Assembly: GCA_038087875.1 (NCBI GenBank)
Contig: CM075989.1
Span: forward strand, 17,052,001-17,116,000
DNA length: 64,000 nt
From: Malacoraja senta
Taxonomy: Eukaryota
Direction: 5' to 3'
The notes under the pieces: model-generated
Databases searched by the model: none
Seen by the model: only the letters and a program-made list of their open reading frames with translations
Told to the model about the DNA's origin: nothing
Program-made: the position numbers and the translations under genes
In this document: positions 13,280 to 25,924 of the stretch, piece after piece
Position numbering within the stretch: position 1 is the stretch's first letter
Layout of the letters: each line of letters starts with the position of its first letter

Positions 13280-13740
13280 GATCAAATTTTGAGACAGGAC
13301 TTCGCCCACACAAATCTATGCTGATTATCCCTAATATGTCCATGCTTTTCCTCACGCAAAAATACCCTGTCTCTAAAAGTCATCTTCCATAATTTCCCTA
13401 CCACTGATGTATGGCTCACCAGCCTATAATTTCCTAGATTATCCCTGTTGTGCCTCTTAAACAAATGAAAATCTTATCTATTCTCCAGTGTTCTCGAACC
13501 TTGCCTGTGGTTGAAAAGGATGCAATGATCTTTGTTAAGGCCACAGCTAATCTTTCCTTGCCTCCCTCAGTATCCTGGGATAAATCCAAGCAGGCCCTGG
13601 AAACCTATTCACCTTAATTGTTTTGAAGATGCTCAACACCTCCCCCTCCTTAATATTGACATACCCTAGAATATCAACATACCCCTTCCTGATCTTACCG
13701 TTATCTAAGTCCTCAACATTTGTTGGAGATAGTCTTTTCC
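13280..13740 (-). mobile_element. CR1 LINE fragment
   Basis: PGPAWIYPRILRE and DNLGNYRLVSHTSVVGKL...DNQHRFV motifs (ORF2, upstream of RT core). Confidence 0.75.
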
Positions 13741-13929
13741 ACCTGGCACATGTATGGCCCTTACCAGCCCATGTCTGAATGTTGACTGGGTCATGCCGCA
13801 TACAGCATTGGCTGCTTCATTTACTGCAGATTAATGAATGGAAATGAACACAATGCAAACATCAATGAACATCACCAGTTCAGACTTCATGATGCAAAGA
13901 AGATGGTTGTGCATGGAGACATTGTTCTG

Positions 13930-14720
13930 ACGAACCCCTGCATTGATGTGCTGTGACTGGAATAAATGTAACCTGGACAATTGTACGGTGATGCATTCTG
14001 GAAAGTTTAATGCAAGAGGAAAGTATTCAGCAAATGACAGAACCCTTCGAAGCATTGATATACGAAGGGATCTTGGGGTGCAGATCCATAGCTCCCTGAA
14101 AGTGGCAATGCAAATGGACATGCTGGTAAAGAAGGTGTATGGCATGCTTGGCTTTGTAGGTGGGCCCATTGGGTTAGCAACTCATGTTGCAGCTGTATAA
14201 AAATTGGGTTAGGATACATTTGAAGCCGATTTGGAAGAATTCAAAGGCTTTGGAAATGGTGCCATTTTTTTTCACCAGAGATTGGAGTTGCCTTGGAGTC
14301 GTATTATCTATAAGGAGGTTGGACAAACTTGGATTATTTTCTCTAAAGCATTGGAGACTGAGAGGTGGCCTTATAGAAGTATATAAAATTATGAGACGTG
14401 TAGATAGATAGTTAGAGTCTTTCTTCTCGGCTGGAAATGTCAAATATTTGAAGGCACAGGTTTAAGATGGGAGGGGGGGGGAAGTTTAAAGAAGATTTAT
14501 GAGGTCTGTTTTTTACAATGCAAGTGGTAGGTGTCTGGAGCAAGCTGCTGCGGAGGTGATGGAAGTAGATACGGTGGAAATGTTTACCATTTTGACAGAA
14601 GAGGCAGGGAATAGAAGGATATGGACCATGTGTAGACAGACGGAATCAGTTAGATTGGTATCATGGTTGGCACAGGTGGGCCTAATGGCCTGTTCCTTAC
14701 TGTACTGCTCTATGTCCTAT
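13930..14720 (+). mobile_element. CR1 LINE 3' fragment
   Basis: RDLGVQIHSSLKVA, RLDKLGLFSLKHWRLRGGLIEVYKIMR, then a CR1/HER1-type 3' tail. Confidence 0.8.
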
Positions 14721-14859
14721 ATTTTAAAGTTTCTATTGTCTTCAGGGAGTGATGTCTTTGGTGCTGAAAGTCTTTTCATGCCTCAAGCACTTAGACAAAT
14801 GAACTATTTCTCGAAATTGAGAGCTGGGAATAGCGTATTTGCAAGAGGCAGGGTGGGAG

Positions 14860-15380
14860 TCCACATGCGAACTGGAGAAACAACAACAAATGTAGTCCAT
14901 TCGGGTAGCCTACAACCTAATAGTTTGAACATTGCATTCTCCAATTTTAGGTAACTAACCTACAAACCCTCTTTTTGTTTTCCTCCCCACCCCCTCTTCC
15001 CTATACCCAATCTGGATTCACAACCATTTCTCCTCTTCCTCATCCCCTTCCGCCTCTACTGCTTCCTGTGGCTCACAATTCTCACCTCTTCCATTCTTAT
15101 CTCACGCCTTTTGTCTTTTCGTCTTTGGCATTTGTCCAACCGCCTGCCTATTAACCTCCCCACTCACCTATATCCGCCTGTCATATAGTGAGTAGGGCAC
15201 CTATATGACAGGTGCCCTACTCACCTATAGGCTTTGTCTTGCCCCCCCCCTTCCAGGTTTCTCTACGCCTCACCACAATCAGTCTGAAGAAGGATCCTGA
15301 CCCAAAACGTCACCTGTCCATGTTCTCCAGAGATGCTGCCTGACCCATTGAGTTACTCCAGCATTTTGTATCTATCTTTG
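14860..15380 (+). mobile_element. Decayed Penelope-like element 3' end
   Basis: ...GSLQPNSLNIAFSNFR* (GIY-YIG C-terminus), then a pyrimidine-rich UTR and CTGAAGAAGGATCCTGACCCAAAACGTC near 15284. Confidence 0.7.
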
Positions 15381-17074
15381 ATGAAACTGAAAACAGGTTG
15401 GTCCCCGTCCCCATATCCAAAAGAATTTCACAAAACTAAATCCCAGGATGACAGGCTAAATCAGTTGTGTTCATATTCTTTGATCGGAAGAATGAGAGAT
15501 TTCCACATTGAAGCATATAAGACCTGGTAGGGCAGAAGTCAAAGTGACACAACCGATGTTTTCATGAGTCAGAGATTCTCAAACTAGGCGAGATAGCTTC
15601 AAAATAAGAGGCCAATCATTTAAAACGGCGGTATGTTGAAGCAGTTTGCCTCGTGCAACATCTGATGTTTAGGGTTCCTCAGGAATAAATGAAGGATCCA
15701 TTCATGTTCTTGCTCTGGTTCAACCAGGAAGACTGGGGAGGAAGAATGAACTGGGGTCACTTTTACCTGTAGGTTCAGGGTTAAAGTCTGGCCTCACATG
15801 AGTAGTGCTGACACAGACAGAAAAGGCTGGAATTATTTATATAGGTACATGGATAGGACAGGTTTAGAGAGATATGGGCCAAAGGCATGCAGGTGGGACT
15901 AGTGCAGACGGGACATGTTGGTCGGCGTGGACAAGTTGGGCCGAAGGGCCTGTTTCCATGGTGTATGATTCTATGATTCTATGACTATTTCATTCTCATG
16001 AAAGGTCATTGATCTGAAACACAATGCTGTTCCTTTCTCTACAGCCGCTGTTGGAGCTCTTAACGTGCCAAGCTTTTCCTGGATTCTTTCAAAGACTTCC
16101 CTTTACGGCCCCAAGTCCCTTGTAACAATAAAAGTACTGTGAGCAGATCTCGGTTCAATTGGGTCCGTAACTCCCATGAAAATTTTCAGAACGCAGCAAT
16201 GGAATTTGGTTTAGGTAAACAAACTAACGTGGAGAAATGGCGTGTTTAGTCAGTGCGTTGCAACTGGTAAAGTGGTGCTTCAAGGACAATAAGTTAATTT
16301 AGTTTTAATTCCAGTGCAACATTATTAATAATTCATGAGAGGCTGAGCCGTTATTTCACTCCGCATCAGCTAATCAGCAGCCGTCGCTTAATTTGAAATC
16401 TTGAGTTTGTTTATGCCGTGATGCCACCCACAGCGGGCTCTTAATTGAGATTAACCTTGTCCAACCAAAACAGTGTGGCAATCAATGCTCTCAGAATTAC
16501 AGAATGATTGCACAATAGAAACAGGCTATTCAGTCCCACCAGTCCCACCACATTGCTGTTTATCCACTATGAGTCAGTATCCTAATCCCATGCTTCCATC
16601 CTCCTCTCACAGACCATTATTACACTCTTTCTATCTAATCAATACTCAATTGCTGACATGCCCAAGAAAGACGTGCAGGTTTGTAGTTTAATTAAGTTGA
16701 GTTTAAGACGTCTGTGAATTGCCCCTAGTGCATAGGGAGTGGAAGAGTAAGTGGGATAACATGGAACTCGTGTGAACCGGTGGTCAATAGTTGCCATGGC
16801 TACATGGACCAAATAATCTGTTTCCATGCTGTATCTCTAAACTAGATTTCTGGATTGAAACACACTGATCACAAGTTCCAGTTCATTACACATCACTCCT
16901 GTAACCCACCCCTTCACTTCCAGCACTGCATCATCAACAGTTGTAATCCTGTTCCTGCACCAGCTTGCACTGGGCAGCATCATTCCCCATGCAACCGTCT
17001 TTATGGAATCCAGTCTGGGTTGTCCCATCAGCAACAATTCTTGGTCACTCTTGGGACACGTTGGTCGTCCTATT

Positions 17075-17406
17075 CAGGCACGGAAATCACTGTCAAACAT
17101 GCGGGGGACAAAATTTCTTGGTGGCCACACGCGAGCATGCGCACACTCGCGCACACACGCAAGGCTTCGGCCGTGGGTTTGAATCGGCCCGTTCACGGGG
17201 TCTTTCATCGGTCGACGGGGGCTTCAACAACGGGAGCCTTGATCACCTCGATGCAGCAGTTTGATTTTAAGCCATGCTGGGCGCTGAAAGGTCCCGCGAA
17301 TGGGCCGATTCAGCCCTTAGAAAGTGGCTGATAAAGTCCGGATGACAAAATATGGGGGGGGGAGACATGTCCCCGCCTGTCCCCACCCCCAGGATTTCCG
17401 CCCCTG
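17075..17406. mobile_element. Non-autonomous hAT element, 332 bp
   Basis: TIRs CAGGCACGGAAATC / CAGGGGCGGAAATC. Perfect 8-bp TSD GTCCTATT (17067-17074, 17407-17414). CpG-rich interior. Confidence 0.88.
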
Positions 17407-18290
17407 GTCCTATTGCAGCACTGGAGGTGACGCCACTCAGCAAAGTCCCTTCGTTTATTTGTATCCTTGTGCACCACAGCTCTCCAACATCCTGTTCTCT
17501 CACTCTTCCACAGAGTTCCAATCCCACCCCCCCCCCCCAACTCTATCCCACACCCCTGTGTACTTCCATATCTATGTTACCCCCTGATCTTACATTTGCT
17601 ACCACCTGACCTTACAATACCTTTAGGTTCAGGGGCCGACCACCGCCCTTCCCCAAGCATCACCACAAGCACCTAATGTCCCAACCACCGTCAGTCACTG
17701 GAGTAAAAACCCACAGATGCAAGAAATCTGAAACAAAACAGAAAATGCCAGGGAGAAGCTGCACGTCGGGCAGCATCTGCATAAAGAGAAGCAGACAGTT
17801 TGAAGCTCTGTTTCTTTCTCCGCAGATGTTATCTGACCTGCTAAGTATTCCTAGTGTTTATTTTAAACCTTCCTGTATTGACCCTTCATAATCTTAACAT
17901 CTCTGTACCAAAGCACTCCTTAATCTCTCCAATGCTACCAAGGATATTGTTGCAGAACCATGCATGCAATGCCCAGCACACTTGCAATAGAGCGCTGCAG
18001 CACCATGCTTGCATTTGCCCACCCGCTTTGCTGCACAAGTGGTTTACTGAACATGGTTTAGTATCAAACTGAGAATCTGTTGTTTTCACTTACACCACTG
18101 TGATGAACTGAAATGAACAATCAGCTTTAATAAAAATGTTGTGTTCGAGCACATCTGACTGATGTTCCAGGAGGTTTAAACCTTACCGCTAGACAGAGTT
18201 TCAAGCACAGACAAGGCCCTTCAGCGTTACTGGCCCTGGTCAGGGTTGGAACAAAGCTCTTCCTATCTTATCCTGTATCTCACTATTCCT

Positions 18291-18511
18291 TGTGTATGAA
18301 GGGACAGCGGATGCTGGTTTAAATCGAAGATAGATACAAAATGCTGGACTAACTCAGCGGGACAGGCAGCATCTCTGGAAAGCAGGAATGGTTGACGTTA
18401 CGGGTCGAGACCCTTCTTCAGACTGAGGAAGGTTCTCAACCCGAAACGTCACCCATTCCTTCTCTCCAGAGATGCTGCCTGTTCCGCTGAGTTACTCCAG
18501 CATTTTGTGTC
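18291..18511. mobile_element. Palindromic PLE-derived element with back-to-back hammerhead motifs
   Basis: Inverted arms of about 90 bp around 18420. Flanking duplication TATCTCACTATT (18276-18287, 18512-18523). Confidence 0.8.
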
Positions 18512-18998
18512 TATCTCACTATTACTTACACCATGTCGGTGTATATATATATAAATGCAAATTGCCACCACGTCCATCTCCCTGTCACAGCTGAAAACCT
18601 TCTTGCTGGCCTTATGATAAATTCATAAGTTCTAGGAGCAGAATAAGGAAATTCAGCCCATCAAGTCTACTCTGCCATTCAATCATGGCTGATCTATCTT
18701 TCCCTCTCAACCCCTTTCTCCTGCCTTCACCCCATAACCCCTGAGACCCTTACTAATCAAGAATATGTCAATCTCCACCTTAAAAAATATCCATTGACTT
18801 GGCCTCCTGTGGCAAATAATTCCACCGATTCACCACCCTCTGACTAAAGAAATTCCTCCTCATCTCCTTTCTAAAGGTACATCATTTTATTCTGAGGCTA
18901 TGGCCTCTGGTCCTCGACTCTCCCACTAGTGAGAAGTCATAGCTTAGTTTGATTTTTTTTTAACAGTGAAAGCCAAAGGAGCTTGCCAGGTTTGAGTT

Positions 18999-19168
18999 CT
19001 TCTTCTTGTCTAGTCCACACACAAGATTAGAAGTTGCTCAGCCAGAGCTGAACACGCTTCTCAGCATCCGCATACTATGATGTCTGTCTTGCACTTCTTG
19101 TGCTTCTTGTGTGTGGTGGTGGAAAGATTGGTGGAAACGGCCACGACATGAACGCTCTTTCCTTGACC
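18999..19168 (-). mobile_element. 5'-truncated retroposon with (GAA)n tail
   Basis: 13-bp TSD CCAGGTTTGAGTT (18986-18998, 19169-19181). Minus-strand 3' end ...ctagacaagaagaagaa. Confidence 0.7.
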
Positions 19169-20047
19169 CCAGGTTTGAGTTAATTCAAAGGGTCAACCTA
19201 TTCTCCATCAAATCATGATTTAGCATTGCATGATCTCCAAAATCAACTTTAGTGACAAGATATTTGGAATAAATTACCCTGTCGATTTTTGTTTTGTATT
19301 CCTCCAAATCTCCTTTAATTCTGAGGCTGTGACCTCTGGTCCTAGACTCTCCCACTAGTGCAAACATCCTCTCCACATCCACTCTATCCAGGCTCTATCC
19401 AGGGTGCATTACATGGGTTGGAAAACTTTAGAGGGAAATGGGGAAAACAAACTAAAATAGTATTAGCTTATGTCGGCACCTTTGTCGGCATAGACAAGTT
19501 GGGCCGAAGGGCCTGTTTCCCTGCAGTATAACTGTGTGTCTCTAACTACACTGGAGATAATGCAGCAGACATGAGGACCAAATGACAATGTTTTGCTGGT
19601 GCCTGAAGAGTTATGGGCAATAAAAGGGACTTGAGTTGGCTGCAAATTGGCACTGGTGATCCGTGCCAATAGTAAGCAACTATAAATGGATATCCAAAGC
19701 AAGAAACACTTCAATGACCTTGCAAGATTAGCCAATAAAAATGAAAGTGCTGAGAATCTGCTGGGAACATGATTCATTCCACTCTATCAAAGAGCAAGCA
19801 GTGTAAAAGCAGAAATGAAGGTAGTAATCACCGGACGGAGGATAGACAGTACGTCCGCAAGAGTCCCCATCACTCTTTGTACTGAGATACTTCCAGTAAA
19901 GTTGGAGCAAACCTGAAGAGTCTGCTGCATTATCTGCACCTCATCGTCCCAACCATGTGCCACTGGAGTTCCCCTAGTCATAACTTCCCATAATTTCCTA
20001 GGATATAATGTGACATTAAAACTCCTTCCACATCTACGTTGAGAACA

Positions 20048-20462
20048 TCCACACTAATACTCATACCCAGACCCACTCACACATCCATAATCACACAACC
20101 ACACCAACACACACCCACACCAATACCCACACTCAACCACTCTTTCTCCCCACCAACAGATGCATGCTTACATACACTCACTCACACCCACACCAATACA
20201 CATCCGCACACATCCACTCACACGCAGTCACAACCACTGCCCACTCACACTCACTCACACCCATGCCAACATGCACACCCACACACACTAACCTACACCC
20301 GCACTGATACGTATTCACACCCCCATACCCACATACACACAGTTGCACTCACACCCATATACACACTCATACCTGCACAGACGCCCATATTCACACCTCA
20401 CACTAACACACTAACACACACACACACCTACACCTCTACACTCATACCCATACTCACTCACG
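20048..20462. repeat. Degenerate (CA)-rich low-complexity repeat
   Basis: cacacccacac/actcacac units; explains the His/Thr/Pro ORF 20039..20473. Confidence 0.9.
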
Positions 20463-21049
20463 GCACATTTTGATGTGTACCTGAATGCATGACATTGAAA
20501 ACTGTGGACTGAGTACAGGAAAATATGATTAGTGTAGATAGGTACTTGATGTAGAACATGGAAGCCTTGGGCATGTTTTCTTGTTGATTGACTCTATAAC
20601 TCTAATATAAAGAATGAGATTGAGTTTGCAAGTGGTGTAGTTCATTGTAAAACTGAGATGTTAAATCTAATCCAAGGCAACCTTGAAGGCATGACAGGAC
20701 ACGCTGTAGTTGATTGAGAGAACATATTGATAGTGGACAGGTACTGATTAGTATTTAAAGAGTTCTAGATCCAGGGGCAGTTTCTTCCAAGCTGTTATCA
20801 GGCAACTGAACCATCCTATCAACAACTAAAGAGCGATTCTGAGCTACTATCTATCTTTATTCCCTTTATTCATTATTCCCTTTATCTTGTATCTGTACAT
20901 TGCGGATAGCTCGATTGTAATCATGTGTAGTGTTTCCACTGACTGGTTAGCATGCAATAAAATCTTTTCACTGTACATGTGACAATAAAGTAAACTAAAT
21001 TTATAAACTAATGTATAAGTTACAAAAAAAATTAAAGGCACAAAACTCC

Positions 21050-21920
21050 AAACAGGACAAATAGTTCACTGTGGCTGGCAGGAAAAAATAAACATAAAAT
21101 TAAATGCAAGGGGAGGCTTATAATGTTGCCACCAGTAGCAATAGGCCAGAGGATTTGCAATATTTAAGAACTCAGAAAGGCAAGATAGATGTGAAACTGG
21201 ACTGGCAAGGAAGATAAAAATGGACTGAAAGGGCTTTCATAGACGTGTAGAAAGGAAAAGACTAGTGAAGACAAGAGACAGAAATAGGTGAATGTATAAT
21301 GGGGGATAAAGAAATAATGGTGGAATTAAGCAATTACTTTGCATCTGCCTTCGTAGATGAAGACACACAAATTTGCCAGATATACTAGAGAACCAAGAAT
21401 GTAGCGAGTACTGAAGACACAAAGTATGAGGTGAGGAGACGTACTGGAAGAGTGTAGAAACAAAGAAATGCCGATGTTGGCTTATAAGCAAAGACACAAA
21501 GTGCTGGAGTAACTCAACGGGTCAGACAACATCCCTGGAGAATGTGGTTAGGTGATGCTTTGGGTCGGAACCCTACTTCAGACTGATTGTCAATCTAAGG
21601 AAGGGTCCCGACCTGTAACGTCACAAATCCATGTTCTCCAGGGATGATGCCTAACCCGCTGAGTTACTCCAGCACTTTGTGTCTTGTTTAGTAGCACTGG
21701 AAGAGCTAGTGAGCTTGAAAGCTAATAATCCCAAAGATCCAATGATATACATCCCAGAGTTTTGAAGGAGGTGGCTTTAACGAGACAGTATGCTCTGATT
21801 ATCAGCTTCCAAAGATCTATAGTGATTGGAATTATTCCTGTGAATTAGCGGGTAACAAATTAGGTCCCAAAGTGTTCGGTAGGAGGGAGATTAACAAATA
21901 GGGAACCCGTTGGCCTAATT
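21050..21920 (+). mobile_element. Decayed CR1 ORF2 fragment (interrupted by PLE palindrome)
   Basis: Purine-rich CR1-like sequence (..ttaagcaattactttgcatctgccttc.., ..atacatcccagagttttgaaggaggtggct..), homologous to 59230-59920. Confidence 0.6.
21453..21695. mobile_element. Palindromic PLE-derived element inserted in CR1
   Basis: Inverted arms (gacacaaagtgctggagtaactca... / ...tgagttactccagcactttgtgtc). Flanking duplication ACTGGAAGAG (21443-21452, 21696-21705). Confidence 0.75.
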
Positions 21921-22719
21921 TTAGTAGCAGATGTAGCAGGATGGCAGAGCCTTATTCTGATCTGCTGGTAGGGGATTGCTTAGCATATATTGCATGCTAT
22001 TTTGGTTGTTTATCCGTCTGTATTGCAACCTCATAGAAGAGGTAACACATTTTTAGATGTGGCTGATATTGCTCCCCAAATATCCTCTGCACTCCCAATG
22101 GAACCAGGGCTAATCCCCAGGCTTGATCGCAATGATAGAGTGAACAATGATTCAGGCTGAGACCACAGAGTGTGGTGATGTACATATCTGCTGTGCTGAT
22201 CTTCCACAGTGCTTTGTGACTGCCTAGAGTTGAGTTGTCCCTTGGGCACTCCAACACTGCTACCAGAGGTAATTATAACAGAGAGATTGGAGAGCATGAG
22301 GTTAAATCGTTTATGCCTTGCATTGGTTCATTCAACACCTACTGCTATAATGCAAGCCTTTCTAACATTCTTTAAAGTTGCCAGATGATTACAGTGGCGT
22401 AGCTGCCTCACAGCACCAGAGATCCGCCTTCAATCCTGACCTCGGGTCCTGACCTCCCATCATAGGGACTTTACACATTTTCCCTGTGATGCGTGGGTTT
22501 CCTTCGGGTGCTCCGATTCCCACTCACATCCCAAAGACGCGCGGGTTTGTTAGTTAATTGGTCTTTGTAAAAAGAAAAATGCCCCTAATGTGTCGGGAGT
22601 GGATAAAAAAGTAGAATAACATAGAACTAGTGTGAATGGGTGATCAATGCTCGGCTTGGACTCAGTGGGCTGAAGAGCCTGTTTCCATGCTGTATCTCTA
22701 ATCAAGAATTAAAACATGA

Positions 22720-24500
22720 CCAGGATTGGGAATTAAATGTTTCATAATGCATAAGGAGGTTGGGAATCAGTGGTAGTAAAATTTGAGATAAAGACAGTGA
22801 AAAGAAAAATCTTGGCTCAGAAAATCGAGATAAATTAGTTTGGGTGAAGCTAAGGAATGGCTTCTAAGGAGTAGAGTAACAATATGTAGCAGAGTATAAT
22901 CAGGAAATTGAGTAGCAGATAACAAAGGTGATGCAATGGTCATGGAGGACATTAATCTACACAAATCTGTGCATCCAAATTAGCAGCAACGGGTGTGAAG
23001 AACAAATTCATGAAGTATTTAAGAAGGAACTGCAGATGCTGGAAAATCAAAGGTAGACAAAAGTGCTGGAGAAACTCAGCGGGCGCGGCAGCATCTATGG
23101 AGCGAAGGAAATATGCAATGTTTCGGGCCGAAACCCTTCTTCAGACTGATGTAGGATGGGGGGGGGGGGGGGGGGCGGGGAGAAGAAAGGAGAAAGGAAG
23201 AGGAGGAGCCAGAGGGCTGAGGGAGAGCTGAGAAGGGGAGGAAACAGCAAGGGCTAAAGGAAATTGGAGAAGTCAATGTTCATGCCGCTAGGGTGCAGGC
23301 TGCCCAAGCGGAATATGAGGTGCTGCTCCTCCAATTTCCGGTGGTGCTCACTCTGGCCATGGAGGAGGCCCAGGACAGAAAGGTTGGATTCAGAATGGGC
23401 AGGGGGGTTGAAATGCTGAGCCACCGGGAGATGAGGTTGGTTAATGCGGACCGAGCGGAGGTGTTCGGCGATTCATGAAGTATGTATGAGATGATTTTCA
23501 AGATCAATATCCTAAGGAATCAATGACAGATCAGACTATTTTTGATTCACTTCTGTGCACTGAGAAATGATTAATTATAATCTGCTAGCTAGGGGGCCTT
23601 TCAGAATGACTGATCATAATATCATGGAAAATTGCAAGTAATTTAGTTCAAAAGGTCTTAAATCTAATCAGAGTGAACTCTGGAGGTGTGAGTCATGAGT
23701 TGGCTGTGGGGGACTGGGAATCTGCATTGAAAAGTATAATCACAAACAAGCAGTGGCTAACATTTAAAGCAATTAAAGCATCAATGTACCATACCCCAGC
23801 TGGAAGAGTGGTCAAACCATGGCTAACAAGAGAATGTAGAGAAAGGGTTAACCTGAGGAAAAATGCTTTACATGTTGCCAAAAAGAGAAATGAGCCTGAA
23901 GATTGAAAAAAAAAATCAGAATTCTACAATAAATTGAGAAATTGATTAGTAAAAAAAGAAACCAGAAGATGAGAGTAATCTGGTGAAAAAAAGATTGTAA
24001 AAGCTTTCATTTACATGTACAGAGCAATGATTTGCAAAAGGTAATATGAGTCACGGTAACTAAAAGATATTAGCGCTGGTACATAAAGGAGTGGAGAAAC
24101 GCATGAGACCAAAAGCTGATAGACCCTCAAGACCTGATCATTTGCGTCCCGCAAGTTTTTGAAAGATGCGGCAATGGGGATAATGGATACATTGGTTGTC
24201 ATCTTTTAAGATTCCAGCGATGCTTGAACAGTTCCCACAGATTGAAAATAAATATAACTGCCTCATCAAGGGGAGGTAAGACAGAAATCAGGAAGCTGCA
24301 GTGCATTAATCATAGGGAAACGTTGGAATCAGTTATTAAGGAAATGTCAGCCAGGTATTTAAGAGATAATAATAAGGTTGGCCTGAGTCAACAAAGATTT
24401 ATGACAGGTATATCACGCATGGCAAGTCTGTTAGCGTTTTCTGAAATTGTAATTAATAGGATTGGTAAGGGAAATCACTGCATGTGGTGCATTTGGACTT
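22720..24500 (+). mobile_element. Decayed CR1 ORF2 (endonuclease to RT), interrupted by a PLE
   Basis: gtcatggaggacattaat (GDFN-like), tgactgatcataat (SDH-like), KPWLT, and QQRFMTG.SR motifs. Confidence 0.6.
23019..23470 (-). mobile_element. 5'-truncated Penelope-like element: GIY-YIG endonuclease C-terminus plus 3' region with hammerhead motif
   Basis: Open frame not in the ORF track: AEHLRSVRINQPHLPVAQHFNPPAHSESNLSVLGLLHGQSEHHRKLEEQHLIFRLGSLHPSGMNIDFSNFL* (stop 23254-23256). Hammerhead-like core at 23117-23144. 13-bp TSD ATTCATGAAGTAT (23006-23018, 23471-23483). Inserted in a CR1 remnant. Confidence 0.88.
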
Positions 24501-25747
24501 GCAGTTGTTGCTGCCTGGTTTCATGTCAAATTCCCATCCTGATAAACGTCAGTACTTGCTGAGTTACTTCACCCTGCATGATATTAGAAGAGTGACTAAA
24601 TATACTGGACATAACAAAGATTATGTCTGAAAGAGATTCCCATATCCTGAGAATGTATATATGTTAAAATCTAAATTCTGTCATTCACTGTGATCAGGTA
24701 AGAACCATATCTGGCCACTATGTCCAAACAGGAAAACTGATTTCAACATTTGAATATAACATCAGTATTTGCTAGCCCCAGATATTCACCACTGCAAAAC
24801 TGTTTTGCCATTCCATGTCATAGATGATCTGCACATTAACCTGTTCAGTGCCACCCATGAGTATACTCGGGTCATGGTCAATAATGAAAAACAAACTTGG
24901 CAGTGAACAGGTTCATTCCATCTATTTGCCTGTGCTCCTTATTTCCACTGCCCTCACCCATTCTCACACTGAAAATGTGTCCAAGGTTTACAGAGATTGT
25001 GCTCCACATTTAAATTACCCTCGGTTTGAAAGCAACTTAACGGTAATCTGTCATTGTGTTAAAGAGAGAGACAAAGTGCTGGAGTAACTCAGCGGGTCAG
25101 GCAGCTTCTCTGGAGAAAATGGATGGATGATGTTTCAGGTTGAGACTCTTCTTCGGACTATTGAGTTTATTTGCATCTACCCTGTTAAATTCCTTTATTC
25201 TTTAAGGTAATCCAATTAAATAACACCTCTGCCATATAAACTCAATGAACAAAACACAGCCTTATAGTATAACTCGCAAATCTTTTGCATCATGGGGTGA
25301 ATACCTCAAATAACATTACTTTCTTCTACCACTGAATTCCCAAAACATTCACAATTTTAGAGGCAGCACTATTTAGAGAGATGTTTAAGCAGGATATTTA
25401 TATCAGCATTGCCACATACAAAAGTAAGGTAGAAAGTGTGTGTTCGCAACTATCAAAAACTCTCACTTTCTGAATCATTCACTCTTTCTTTAACACTGGG
25501 CTGGAATCTGCCGGAACTCTCACCAATTTTATAGAGTGAAAACACAACACTCCTCGTCTACTGATACCGTGGCTATAGAACATACAGCAACAGTAGCGAC
25601 CCACGTGACATTGCAGGTGATATTATTATTCTTATTTCTCTCGGTGACAGAGAAAAATAACAGCAAAAATATCACCCCCCAGCTCTCCCTCTAAGGCATG
25701 AGTCAGCCTGACTTGGATGGGAGTCCCTGTTCCTTTATAGCAGACGC

Positions 25748-25924
25748 CAGGCCCTCTCATAGATGAACTGAGGCCCAGGCCAATTTCAAATTTAGAGGCC
25801 CCCAAACCAAGATCAAGCAGAGGCCCCTCAATTTTAGAGGCCCGCAAATCAAGATCCATTTGAAGCAGACGCATGAGGCCCATGCCAAATGGCACTCGTT
25901 GCCCCCCCTCTCTGACAGGGCCTG
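25748..25924. mobile_element. hAT MITE, 177 bp
   Basis: TIRs CAGGCCCTCTCA / CAGGCCCTGTCA. 8-bp TSD GCAGACGC (25740-25747, 25925-25932). Repeated internal GAGGCCC motifs. Confidence 0.85.

Noticed and set aside
14749..14769. Second RE1-like motif (TTCAGCACCAAAGACATCACT, minus strand)
   Set aside because: Right half-site GGACAG is degraded to AGACAT; too weak to call.
20039..20473. His/Thr/Pro-rich 144-aa ORF
   Set aside because: Translation of a (CA)-rich low-complexity repeat.
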